This document shows, piece by piece, positions 50,171 through 63,008 of a stretch of DNA of 64,000 bases. Both the position numbers and the translations under genes were made by a program. The stretch lies in assembly GCF_030028105.1 (NCBI RefSeq), contig NC_092383.1:86013921-86077920 (forward strand). Direction: 5' to 3'. Each line of letters opens with the position of its first letter. Positions within the stretch are counted from its first letter, which is position 1. Source of the DNA: Mobula birostris (lineage: Eukaryota). Under the pieces are notes generated by a model. It did no database searches. It had not been told where the DNA came from and worked only from the letters and a program-made list of their open reading frames with translations.

Positions 50171-51039
50171 TGCTGATAATTCAATAACTCCTCATAATTC
50201 AATCAAATATGTTTTGGGGAACTTGCTGCTGAGGAGGGACAAAGTAAGAAATAGGTGTGATGTAGAAGCGGCTTTTCATGCAAACTCAGCATACAATACT
50301 TCACTTCATTCCCTCTCCTCTCTGAAAGCTGTGTCTGCTCTTTGAAGGAAACTTTAAAGCTCACCTCTTCTGAATTATTTTCCATCTGTTGATGCAATTA
50401 CATGAGCTCTGATGGAATTTCAGTTTGCTATGGTTAGATGTGAGGGGAAACCAAGTGAATGGAATTACGCAGTCACAATGGAGTAAAATCCATGTCAGAT
50501 CTGTTCTTAAACCAAATCAACTCCATTTTGACAGGAAGTTGTCTGTGTTAAGTAGACGACCCTGTGTTTCTATTTTCATAGAATCATAGGGCACAGTAAA
50601 TGGGCGGGTCACACTTGCCCAAGGAGAAGATATTTCTATCTTACTTAGCTCAACTCCGTGGTCTCCCTTTCCCCTAACCCTGCATACCTTTGCTGAGATT
50701 CTCAGTCTCTAGCATCACAGTATCTCTGTTCACCAGGTTAGATCTTTCTGTTAGTCAAAGTGTGATTTATGCTGTGCGATACCTGGGGCAGATGAAGTCT
50801 GAGGAGAGTATCAGTACAAGGGATAACAATTCTCACATGTCACACATGTTGGAGAAGTAATACAGAATCAGAATGAGAATCCATTTTAATATCATTGCAT
50901 GTCGTGAAATTAACTACAGCAGTCCTAAACGGGAATAATCGATGATTACCATTGGATTACTGCACAGAGTCAACACTTACCAGCGCCATCCTGAATTTTA
51001 TCTGAACAATGTTAATTGTTTAACTTTAACTTCATTGTA

Positions 51040-51471
51040 AACACTGGAAAATCTACAGACAATAGAAATCCAAACCAACCAACAGAAAATGCTGGAGGGA
51101 ACTCAGCAGGTCAGGCAGCATCTGCGGAAATGAATAGATTTCGACATTTCAGGCTGAGACTCTTCTTCAGGTCTGAGAAGGAAGCTGGAAGTTGTCTGAA
51201 TAAAAAGATGGGGGAGAGGAGGAAGGCTGTCTGGAAGGTGATCGGTGAAGCCAGATGGATGGGAATGATGGTAAAGGCTGTAAAGAAGGAATCTGATGGG
51301 AGGGTAGAGTGAACCAAAGGAGAAATGGGAGGAAAAGGGGACCCAGGAGGAAGTAAAAGACAAGTGAGGAGAAGAATGGCCTCAACCTGAAATGTCAACT
51401 ATCTGTTCATTTCCGTAGATACTGACTGATCTGCTGAGCTCCTCCAGTATTTTGTGTGTGTTACTTTTGAT
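51040..51471 (-). mobile_element. Penelope-derived short element with hammerhead motif and inverted tail
   Basis: Minus strand agac-CTGAAGA-agagtctcagcct-GAAAT-GTC; 51085-51160 is inverted at 51381-51460; candidate TSD ttcattgta at 51031-51039 and 51472-51480. Confidence 0.65.
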
Positions 51472-52139
51472 TTCATTGTAGTGTGAGGGTTGAGGTGATG
51501 CAAGAATGTGGCTGATTTATAGTTTCCTGAATTTTTGTTGCTGACTTTGCAATTGTTTATTAACAGTTAATTTCACATTGTATATAAAGAGATAAATGAT
51601 AAAATAATTCAGTATAGAAGGAGATCTTTTGTAAGTTTGGGTTTGTTATATTTGTTTTAGGGGAAAACAGTGCAGTATATTAGCTGTGAATGAAAATCTG
51701 CTTAAATTCTGTACCTTCTATAGTATGAGCGCTGACTCTGTTGCATCAGTCACTGTTGTCATCTGTGTAAAGTTCACCCTCATTGGAGGATGTGGTCAGA
51801 ACTTCTGTTTTCTTTAATTGTCTTACCAAACAGAATATAGAGAAGTAACAACAGATGCTACACATTGATCTCTTGCTCTGGTCTCTTTCTGCATAGCCCC
51901 ATCACTTCTTGGAAAACTTCTCAACAACCATGGGTCAATATGCTGATGAGAACAAGTACAGAGACACAAAACATCTTCAGCAAAGCATTTCTATTTCAGC
52001 AACTAGATCACTGAACAACAATAACAATTTGGTGAAGAAAAGTGAAAAGGCTAATTAACCATTGTGTTTCAACCTGATCCGAATCCTGTGTCAATAGGAC
52101 GGTGGGATTGTAAAACGTTTTCTGTTCTGTTGTTGAGAA

Positions 52140-52820
52140 ATCATACAGAAAGTGCAGCTTGATGAGGTTTTGGTCAGACTGCATGTGGAAAATGGTGAAC
52201 AGTTCCAGCCCTCTTATCGTTGAATGGATGTGCTGTAATTGGAGAGGGTTCAGTGGATGTTCCTGAGAACAATCTGAGGAATGAAAGGGTTAATGTATGA
52301 GGAGTGTTTGATGGCTCGGGGTCTGTATTTGCTGGAGTTTAGAAGAATGGAGTTGGGGGGGTGGGGGTTCTCATTGAAACCTCTTGAATAGTGAAGGGCC
52401 TTGAACTGGGATGGAGTGTATGTGGAGAGGATGGGGATCTCATAAAAACATTCAGAATGTCAGAAGGCCTGAACAGATTAGATATGGCTAAGTTCACATT
52501 TAGGGGATTCTAGGGAAAGAGGGCACAATTTTAGGATTGAGGGACGTCCTTTTAGAACTGAGGCGCGGAGAAATTACTTTAGTCGGAGGATGGTAAATCT
52601 GTGGAATTTGTTGCCATGAGTGGCTGTGGAGGCCACGGCATTGGGTGTATTTAAGGCAGAGATAGATAGGTTCTTGATTAGCCAGGGCATTGAAGTGTAT
52701 GGAGTGAAGGCAGGGGAGTGGGGATGACTGGAAGAATTGGATCAGCCCACGACTGAATGGCAGAGCAGACTCGATGGGCCGAAAGGCCTACTTCTACCTT
52801 TATATCTTATGGTTTATTGA
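52140..52820 (+). mobile_element. CR1 3' fragments (two overlapping ends)
   Basis: ctcattgaaacc...; 3'UTR gatgggccgaaaggcctacttctacc. Confidence 0.7.
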
Positions 52821-55017
52821 TCAGTGTCAAAAAGCCAAATTAAATCCTCTGTTAGTCAATGTTATAAAACATGAAAACTTCCAAGGGGGGAGAATACTTT
52901 TTATGGGCTCTGTACATGTACTGCATGTGCCTACGAGTCTCTGAATGTCCCTGTTGTATCTGCCTCTCCCTCCATGTCTGCAGTGTATTACAGGGACCCA
53001 CCACCCTCTGTGTAAAAAAAAAGCTTACCTCTTGTATCTCCCTGAAACCTTCCTCCGCTAACCTAAAATGGATGTCCTCTGGTATTGGTCATTGTCACCA
53101 TGAGAAAGAGGTGTTGGCTGTCAACTCAAGCTGTGCTTTATACTCCACAATACAATGATCGAACCAGAGTTTTATCGAGCTGTAACATTACCTTGTGGTT
53201 CTTGAACTCAGTCTACTAATCCACTGAAGTCCAGCTCATCCTGCACCTTTTTAACACCCTTTCAAATTGTGCAGCAACTTTGTGGAATTTACAGACTTGG
53301 AACCCAATATCGCTCTGGACCTCCACATTGTTAAGAATTCTGCATTAACCTTGTAATCTGCCTTCAAGTTTGATCACCCAAAGTGTATCACTTCACATTT
53401 GTCAGAGTTAAACTCCATCTACCATTTCACCCCCCAGCACTTTAACCTTTCTATTGTCCTCTTGTAACTTACAATAACCTTCTCTACAATCCAGCACACC
53501 GACAATCTTTGTGTCATGTGCAAACATATGTATATACCTTGGACTTTTGGATTAAGTAACATTACAGCGGCGTCTTCAGATGTAGAAGTGTTCATAAATC
53601 AGGAGTTCATAACCTGGGACTGAACTGTATCGTCTTTTACCTTACACTTCATTCCTCTGACCAGATCAGCTTTCAAAACTGACAGTCTTCCTCTTTTTAT
53701 CCAGATCTAAGGAGGGGTCCCTGACCTGAAACTGGGTTCAATGAAGGGACTTGGCAAAAAGCATCAGTTGCTTATTCATTTCTGTAGATGCTGCTGATCT
53801 CCTGAGTTCCTGCAGCACTCGTGTTGTGTTCAATCAGCATTTTGGAATGAGATTGTAAATCTGGCTGAGTGGTGTCACAACAACTATCTCTCACTCAACA
53901 TCAGCAAAATCAAACACTGCATTAGGAGCTATCCAGAGGTCTATGAGCCAGCACTCAGCAGGGTGCTAAGGTTGTGGGAAGGGTCAGTAACTTTAAATTC
54001 CTTGGCGTTATCATTTTAGAGGGTCTGTCCCGGGTCCAGCTTGTAACTGTCATTACAAAGAAAGTACAGCAGCGCGTTATTTACTTAAAAGTTTGCAAAG
54101 ATCAAACTGTCATCTAAAACTTTGACAAAGTTCTATAGATCCACAGCGGAGAGTATTCTTACTGGTTGCATTATGGTATGGTATGAAAATACGAATGCCC
54201 TTGAATGGAAAAACCTACAAAAGGCAGTGGATACAGGCTAGTCCATCATTAATATGCCCTGTACATTGTCACTCTAAAAACATCATGGTAGTATATGGTG
54301 ACATGAATGAATTTTATAATAAATTTACTTTGACTTTGACTAATGCAGCAGTTTGTCAAAGGCCTTCTGTTCTGAAAATCCAAGTAAACAACTTCCACTG
54401 ACAGACAAAGTCTCCTTTCTCTATCCAGCCTGTTAATTCCTTAAAGAATTCCAACAGATTTGGTAGGGTAGATTTCTCCTTCAGGAAATCATGCTGACTT
54501 AGGCCTATTTGATCATATGCCTCCAAGTACTCTGAAACCTCAACATTAATTATAGATTCTAACATCTTACCAACCACTGTAATCAGGCTGCCTGGCCTAT
54601 AATTTCCTGCCTTTTCTCCCTCCCTTCTTAAAGAGATGAGTGACATTTGTTATTTTTCAGTCCTCTGGAACGAAACTTACAAAATCATTACTCATGCCTC
54701 CATAATCTCTTCAGTTACCTCAATCAGAACTCTGGGGTGCTGTCCAGGTAATTAATCTTATTTCACAATGTCCTCCATCCTATTTACACCATCTTCCCTT
54801 TCCACTCAGATTCAATGCAGGGTCTCAAGCCAAACCGTCAACAGTTACCTTCCCCCTGACAGATGCTGCTTGGCCTGCTGAGTTCCTCCAGCTTTCTCTG
54901 AACTCCAGATTCTGACGTATTTAGTGTCTACACATATTCAAGCACTGTTCTGGATACGATGTAAGACCCCCAAACGAACACTGATTATAAATATGTCCCA
55001 TGCTGGTTGCCACTCAC

Positions 55018-55054
55018 CAGGTAGGAAAGTAATTAGAAGAATCGAACTCCACAT
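55018..55054 (-). CDS. Second, orphan leader exon (paralog of 41845-41884)
   Basis: ATG TGG AGT TCG...CCT G|gtgagt; MWSSILLITFLP; flanks 54780-55150 align with 41590-41960. Confidence 0.7.
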
Positions 55055-55184
55055 TAGTTTATTCATGAGGCCTGTCAGCAACCCACAGAGAGAAATTACT
55101 GTCAAATGAAAATAAGGACGAAGAGGGCAGGCAGTCCGATCAGAAACCACAATGAGCCAACTTAGGCTGACGTGTGATCGTATG

Positions 55185-55500
55185 AAAAGGAACACACAGA
55201 AAATTCTGGAGGAACTCAGCAGGTCAGGGAGTATCTATGTAAATGAACATACAGTCGATGTTTTGGATCAAGACCCTTTATCAGGACTGAAAAGGAAAGG
55301 GGAAGACACCAGAATAAAAAGGTGGGGTAAGGGGATGCAGGCTAGCTGGAAGGTGATCGGTAAAGCCAAGTGGGTGGGTAAGGTAAAGGGCTGGAGAGGA
55401 AGGAATCTCATAGGAGAGGAAAGTGGACCATTCGAGAATGGGAAGGAGGCAGACACCCAGGAGGAAGTGAAAAGTAGGTCGGTTGAGGTATCACGCCAGA
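55185..55500 (-). mobile_element. Penelope-derived short element with degenerate hammerhead motif
   Basis: Minus strand cagtc-CTGATAA-agggtcttgatcc-AAAAC-ATC-gactg plus the typical tail. Confidence 0.6.
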
Positions 55501-55544
55501 ATATAAAAAGCTCATAATTATATTTAACAAAATAAAAGATAACT

Positions 55545-56005
55545 GAGGAAGAGAAAAGGCATGATCAAAGGGTTCAGTTGTTGTTCTGAACAAACATCAG
55601 AATTGGCAAGAAATGTAATGTAAATGACTTTGGCTGCAGAATGATTTTAGGTGCCAGATGAGGTAGTTTGAGTATCTCAGAAACAGGTGATCTCCTGGGA
55701 TTAGCACACATTACAGTTTCTAAAGTTACAGAGAATGATGCAAAAAAACAAATGAAAAAAACATCTTGTGAGTGGCAGCTCTGTGGGTGAAAACACCTTG
55801 TTATCGAGAGAGACCAGAGGACAATGGTCAGACTGGTTCAGGTTGACAGTAAGGTGACAGTATCTCAAATAAGCATGTGATACAACAGTGGTGTGCAGAA
55901 GAACATCTCTGAATGCACAATACATTGAACCTTGAAGTGGATGAGCTGCAGCATTTGAAGACGACGAACGTACAGTCAGTGGCCACTTTATCAAGTACTC
56001 CTGTT
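55545..56005 (+). mobile_element. Tc1/mariner deletion derivative
   Basis: Paralog of 39455-39995. Confidence 0.7.
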
Positions 56006-56084
56006 GAGGGTATATTGAGTGTTATTTTGGATGTGAGTGGAATAGTTCCCAACCCCAACCCCTGTATGTTTTCACCGGTGCAGG

Positions 56085-58915
56085 GGATTTTTTTTGTACC
56101 TTTGAATATTTTTATTAATATTATATAAATTGCATGAATACAAATACAAAATTTATAAGGATACAATTAAGTAACACAAATTACATTACATTTAAATCAC
56201 AGTAATATGATCACAGTATCCATATTCCAAAGCAATCATGTAGAAAAAAAGATTGAATTATGAAATTCAATAAAATTATTTTATTTTATTTCATTAAAAA
56301 AATCTACCCCCACTACCAAAATGAACTGCTTGGTAAAAAAAAGACCTTACCATATAATATTATAATAATAATGGCTCAGATCAATACTTTAATAGCAGTT
56401 CAAAGATTATGAAAATAACTCAGAAAGGGTCCCCATTACATTAGAAAATCATGTTTAGAATCAGAAATCAAACAATGCATCTTCTCTAGATCAAGGCATA
56501 ACATAACATCAGATAGCCATTGAGCATGAGTGGGCAGGGCAGCCTCTTTCCACTTGAGCAAGATCAAACTCCCGGCCATGAGAGACATAAAGGCCAATAC
56601 CTGCAAATGAGATGGCTTCAGTTTTGTAGCTCTATCCGCAACAATACCAATCATGGCAGTCAGAAGATTGGGCTTAAAGCTGACATTGAAATGTGCAGAG
56701 AAAGTTTGAAATACATCTTTCCAAAATTTTTCAGGCTCAGAAACATTTAAATTAGTGTGGCCACTCCATTAGTACATCTATCACAGTAAGGGGAGATACC
56801 TGCGTAGAAACGAGAGAGCTTGTCTTTAGACATATGATCTCTATGTACCACTTCAAATTGTAATAAAGAATGATGAGCACATAATGATGAAGAATTAATC
56901 AACTTTAAAATAATCTTCCAGCTCTCTTCAGATATAAAAATCTGTAAATCCTTTTCCCAGTCTCCTTTAATTTTATCTAAAGAAGCCTTTTTCAGTCCCA
57001 ATAGCAGACCGTAAATGTAAGATATTGAACTGTTGTCAAAGGGTTTCAAATTAAAAATTGTATCTATTATATTCTTATCTGGACTTGCAGGAAATGCATG
57101 TAATTGAGATCTTAAAAATTCTCTCATCTGTAAGTATCAAAAAACGTGGGTGTTGGAAAGGTTAAATTTTGTTGAAAGTTGCACGAGAGAGATTCCTTCC
57201 ATCATACATGTCCTGAAATCGTTTAACACCCAATCTATCCCATTCTTTAAAAGATAAGTCAATTATAGATGGTTTGATAAATCAATTAGAAAAGAATGGA
57301 CTTGAGAGGGAGAATCTCAATAAACCAAAATGTTTCCGAAACTGTAACCAAATCCTCAAAGTATGCTTGACCACCACATTGTCAGTTAGTTTATTTAAAG
57401 ATAAAGGAAGCGAGGATCCGAGTAAAGAAATAATGGAAACTTTCATAATAGAGTTGACTTCCAAAGAGACCAATATAGGACAACTCTCATGGTTAATGTA
57501 ATACAACCAGAACGTAATATTTTGTACATTAACTGCCCAATAATATAACCTAAAATTGGGTAAGGCAATGCCTCCATTCTGTTTGGTTTTTTGAAGGTGA
57601 GCTTTATTTATTTGAGGTTTTTTATTCTTCCATATATAGGAAGAATGAATTGAATCCACAGAGTCAAAAAAAGATTTAGGAATAAAAACAGGCACAGCTT
57701 GAAAAAGGTATATAAATTTAGATAAGATATTCAGTTTAATAGAATTAATTCGGCCAATCACTGATAAAGAGATAGAAGACCAATTAGAAAGTGCTTTTTT
57801 AACATAATTCATTAAAGTTAAAAAAATTTCCTTAAACAAATCCTTATAATTCTTAATAATTGTTATTCCTAAATACGTAATTTGTTTTCTTAAAATTTTA
57901 AAAGGAAGGTTAATATCAGTTGGTATTAAATTGTTTAAAGGAAACAGTTCACTCTTATGTAAATTTAATTTATATCCTGAGAACTGACTAAAATTAGTCA
58001 GTAAACGGAACACAGATGGTAAAGAGGTTGTAACATTAGATATAAAAAGCAATAATTCATCAGCATAAAGCGACACTTTATGAATAGTACCTCTCCTTAA
58101 AATACCAGTAATCTCTTTAGACTCTCGAAAAGCAATTGCTAGGGGTTCTAATACCAAATCAAAAAGCAGAGGGCTCAAAGGACAACCTTGTCTAGTCCCA
58201 CATTGGAGTTTAAAGGGTTTAGAATTCTGAAGATAAGTGAAAACCCGAGCGGAGGGAAATAAATAAAGTAATTTAATCCAACGAATAAAATTAGGTCCAA
58301 CATTAAATTTTTCTAATGATGTAAAAAGATAATTCCATTCAACTCTGTTAAAGGCCTTCACCGCAATCAGGGATATCACGCATTCCGATATTTCCTTAGT
58401 TGGAGAATGCATAACATTTAACAAACGACGTATATTAAAATGGGAATATTGATTTTTAATAAATCCTGTTTGATCATCCGAAACTATAGAAGATATAATA
58501 TTTTCAAGCCTGCGAGCCAACACTTTAGATAAAATTTTAGTATCAAAATTGAGTAAGGAGATAGGTCTATATGAAGAACTGTCAGTAAGATTCTTATTCT
58601 TTTTAAGAATAAGCGAAAGGGAAGCTTTGTAAAAAGACTGCGGTAACCTTCCTACCTTAAAGGAATCTTTAAGGGGAGAACATAAATGTGGTATAAGCAA
58701 GGAGGAAAAAGCCTAATAAAACTCTCCAGAGAATCCATCGGGTCCTGGGGATTTCCCAGAATGCAATTCTCAAATAGCCTGGGCAATGTCCTCCTGGGAG
58801 ATAGCTTGATCCAATTGCCTACGATCATTTATCGAAAGATTAAGAATATTTAATTGATCTAAAACATTATTAATTGCAATATTATCATTAATAGAGTCAG
58901 AACTATACAATTTGA
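56085..58915 (-). mobile_element. 5'-truncated L1 (RT plus C-terminus), related to the 26.4-30.9 kb copy
   Basis: ORF 57282-58700: SSYRPISLLNFDTKILSKVLA, GTRQGCPLSPLLF, TIHKVSLYADE; CDRC near 56760. Confidence 0.92.
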
Positions 58916-59689
58916 AATATAAGTGCACAGTTACCTTAAACTAGTATTATGAATGTCTGTAATGTTCTTCACTTGTTGCAAGCTAGAGTCACGGAGTCAG
59001 AGTGTGAAAGCATGGAAACTCTCCATTTGGACAAATCATAAATGCCGGTCACCTGCCTTCAGTTTGCATTGGTTGGAGTAGTCAACAAAATGTATATCAT
59101 GCTATGGTTAGTTAATAGAACATGAAACAGTAACGAACAGGAAAAGGTCTGCTCTGACTCTGGCAAATAAACTGATCCAATCTGTCTGTAATATTTTCCA
59201 TATCGATCTATTCCTAACATGTTCATGTGTGTGACTAATTGCCTCTTAAATGCTATTATGATATCTACTCCCACTATCTATCTTAGCTGTACATTCCAGG
59301 CGTTTACAACTCTGTGTACATATCTACACTGGTAAATTCATTTATGTGTCACCACTCTCACCTCTCATATTAGATCCCTAGGAAAAAGAATTTGAGTCTC
59401 TGCCCTATCTACCTCTGCTGCTTATAATATCATAAACTTTTGTCTGATGTCTCCTCAGTCTCCAGAGAAGACAATCCTCATTTGTTCAATCTCTCCATAC
59501 AGTTTATATGCTGCAATCTAGAAAATAAGCAGGTGAACCTCTTCTGCAACCTGCCTCTGAGGAAAGAGCAGAGCAGAAAGCAGGTGTGATGAAGAAAGGG
59601 ATTTTCATGCAAACTCAGCATGTAATACTTGGCTTCTTTCCCTTTGAAGGCTATGTCAGTTCTCTGAGGCAACTTTAAAACTTACCAAT

Positions 59690-60560
59690 CATGTGGCAGT
59701 AACTCAATGCATGAAAGCATGCAGAGATGGTTAAGATGTTCAATTGTTGTTCAGACCAAACATCAGAATGGGGAAGAAATATGATCAGTACACTGGATGA
59801 ACTCAGCACGCCGGGCAGCATCAGTGGAAACGATGAGTTGACGTTTCGGGGCGGGACCCTTGGTCAGGACTGAAGAATGAAGGAGGTGGAAGTATTTGAA
59901 GAATGCTTGTAGGTTCAGTTGAAGGACCAGTAATTTGAAAGACAAAGGGGTGGGGGAGGGGATGCTTCGAGGATGCTTCTCCTTCCCCTCCCCCTCCCTT
60001 TGTCTTTCAAATTACTGGTCTTTCAACTGAACCTACAAACACTCTTCAAATCCTTCCACCTCCTTCATTCTTCATTCCTGACCATGGGTCCCAGCCTGAA
60101 ATGTCGACTCATCGTTTCCCCTGATGCTGCCCGACGTGCTGAGTTCATCCAGTGTAATGTAAGTGTTGCTTTGATCACAGCATCTGCAGATTATTTTGTG
60201 TTGAAGAAATATGATCAAAGTGACTTTGACCGTTGAATGAGGATTGATGCCAGACAGGGCTGTTTGAGTATCTCAGAAAATGCTGATATCCTGGAATTTT
60301 CATACACAAGTTTCTGGAGATTTTAGAGAATGGTGCAAAAACTAACAAATAAAACATCAGAGCGTCAGATCTGTGACAAACACGCCTTGTCAAAGAGAGA
60401 AGTCTGAGGAGAGCAGCAGACTGGTTCAAGTTGAGAGGAATATGACAGTAATTCAGACAACCGTGTGTTATGACAGTGATGAGTAGAAGAGCAACAAATC
60501 AAACCTCAATGTGGATCAGTTTTAGCAGCAGAAAACCACAAATATACAATCAGTAGTCAC
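59690..60560 (+). mobile_element. Tc1/mariner deletion derivative interrupted by a palindromic Penelope-derived insert
   Basis: Host sequence resumes after the duplicated gaagaaatatgatca. Confidence 0.75.
59788..60202. mobile_element. Palindromic Penelope-derived element with two inverted hammerhead motifs and a 15-bp TSD
   Basis: Arms 59790-59961 and 59984-60155 are reverse complements with few mismatches; TSD gaagaaatatgatca at 59773-59787 and 60203-60217. Confidence 0.85.
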
Positions 60561-62691
60561 TTCATCAGGTATAGGATGTACATAATAAAGAGGCAACTGA
60601 AGGTACTGTGTATAGAAATATAGAAAACCCACAGCACAATACAGGCCCTTTGGCCCACAATGCTGTGCCGAATGTGTACTTACTTTAGAAATTACCTAGG
60701 GTTACCCATAGTCCTTTATTTTTCTAAGCTACATGTAGCTATCTAGATGACTCTTAAAAGACGCTCGTAGATGCCCCCAACAGACTCACAGGACTGCATG
60801 AATTGTGTGCATCACATCGTATGAATATTGAGATTGTTGTATCAGGTAGGCACTCTTCTTAGCTGTTTGATAGTTATTTCCAGTAAAGATCTTTGTCTGG
60901 AACCTCTGCCCTCTGTACTTTCCTTATGAAACACAATGTGGAGATACTGCAGTGGGTACTCCAGAATGACAACTTCTTCCATCCTCTTCCTTGAATGCCC
61001 CATCACATCAGAAAAGTGCTCAGCAAACCACAGTACCAGGTGCTGATGAGAACAAGTGTGAAGATATGAATCACATCCTGTGTTTCACTGGTGGATTAGA
61101 GTTTCAACATTTTACAACAATTCAATGAAGTGCGTAAAAATGTTGTTTAATCATATTTGCTCAAAGCAAAACTCAATCCTGTAAACTGAGCTATGGAATC
61201 TTGCAATGTTTACCACTCTGTGCTATGTGATGCCCAATAACAGTGCAAGGCTCCATTTTAAGGCAACCCTTCCCATCAGTGGGGCAACTGCATCTGGAAA
61301 TAACTGTGGCTAATCAACATTCATGAGATAACAGTGACCTGAAGAGGTTATGAACTCAAAACAGACTCTGGTCATATTGCATCACTTTCTCTCAAATCAG
61401 GTGAAGAATGCCATGTCATCTGATCATTTGTACCTGATTAGGAGTAAGTAATTATGTTTTAGAACTTCATGATTAAAATGATGGAGTTCTCCTTCTGTCA
61501 TTTTTAAGTAAGATGATTTATTGTACAATTTTGGGTTACAGTCACAGATCGGCTTTGAGATACGCCACATCTCCTGTTTGGAATTTCACAACCAGTTGAC
61601 TGATACAAGATGCAACGAGTTGTGCATCACTCATTTTATTCATCTCCCTATATTACTTTCTATTGCTCTCTGTCATTTGACACCCTTGTACAGTGACATC
61701 AATTGTACCTGTACTGAGTAATTCTTCACAGCAATCACTGTGTAGCAATATTTCTGAACACAAAAGCAAAATAAGATAGTGGCATGTTCAATTGTTGTGG
61801 CTTCTATGAGCTCAACCAAATGTGTCATTGCCCATTTTAAATGTAGTTTTTACAAACACCAGACCCTGCTGGACATTAACAATATTTCTGAACACACAAG
61901 CAAAATAAGGTGGTGGCATTTTCGATCATCGTGACTGTATTTTACTAATATCTTAAATGTGTTATAGGTACTTTGTGCCATGTGTGAGTATTGGTACTAT
62001 GTTTTGTACCTTGGCCCCAGAGTAACGCTGTTTCAGTCTGTATTCATGCATATTCGTGTATGGTGGTTGATTGACAATAAAACTTGAACTATGAACCATG
62101 AATATGTACCTATCTGAAATGAAATCTTTGAATAATAGAAATACCCAGTAGGTCCGACAGCTTCTGAAGAGATAAAAGTCAAGTGAATACTTCATAAATT
62201 TGTTCTGATGGAATGTCAGAATGAGTGATTAACTGCTTCTCTTTCCTGAAGATTCACAACTGTTGACAACAAAGGGAAGTCCAGGGGACTGAATGTGATC
62301 TATTTCCCATAAATGCATTTCAGTTCGAAACAAAACCCTTTCTTGATAATATCAGTTTATGAAGAAGAATCGGAATTGATTAGCATTGATTGGTTATTAG
62401 AATAAAAAACATCTGCAGACATTTGAATCCATAGAACAAAGTTTAACCATGCAAAAAGGTATTAATCAGTTCAGAGGTATGTAAGGGTTAAATTTTTTGT
62501 TGGGGTGATGAAGGAAGCATTGGGAAAACTGCCAGTATATTGATATCCTTGAGGGTAACATGTCAGAGAAGGAATTCAAAAATCAAAGTCACTGCCTTGA
62601 AGGATGAGGACATTGTCTTGTAATTTTTTATCTTCACGGAGACAGCAGTTGAATTCTCACAGCACAAAGTGGGCGGAAAAACTAATATTTG

Positions 62692-62735
62692 TTCTTGATG
62701 CAAAATTGCAGCATTCTTGATGCAAAATTGCAGCA
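62692..62735. repeat. Perfect 22-bp tandem duplication
   Basis: ttcttgatgcaaaattgcagca twice. Confidence 0.95.
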
Positions 62736-62867
62736 CAGTCAGTGTAATCTGGGAGTCTTCACTTTACCTCCTGGACCACCATGCTGTGAGGATCAGATTC
62801 TTCACGTCTCTGGAAAAGGCAATGATCAATCCATGAGATTTTTCGACAATGGGATCTCTGCTCTATT

Positions 62868-62888
62868 TCACTCACTACGAAATTCCGT
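62868..62888 (-). CDS. Terminal micro-exon of a putative activating receptor
   Basis: atgcttgtttcag|ACG GAA TTT CGT AGT GAG TGA (TEFRSE*), phase 0, ~120 nt downstream of the TM donor. Confidence 0.6.
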   Translation of the reverse strand, partial: TEFRSE

Positions 62889-63008
62889 CTGAAACAAGCA
62901 TTCCATACATTGACATCAAGCATTCTACACACAAGAGAGCATGTCAAAGCTGAGTTATATCATGAGCAGTATATTTGAAAGTGATTCCACTGATGTCCAT
63001 AAGCCTAC

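Noticed and set aside
50697-50830. Possible 60-nt exon and a decayed leader-like segment on the minus strand
   Set aside because: Splice-like sites are present but there is no supporting homology or partner exon.
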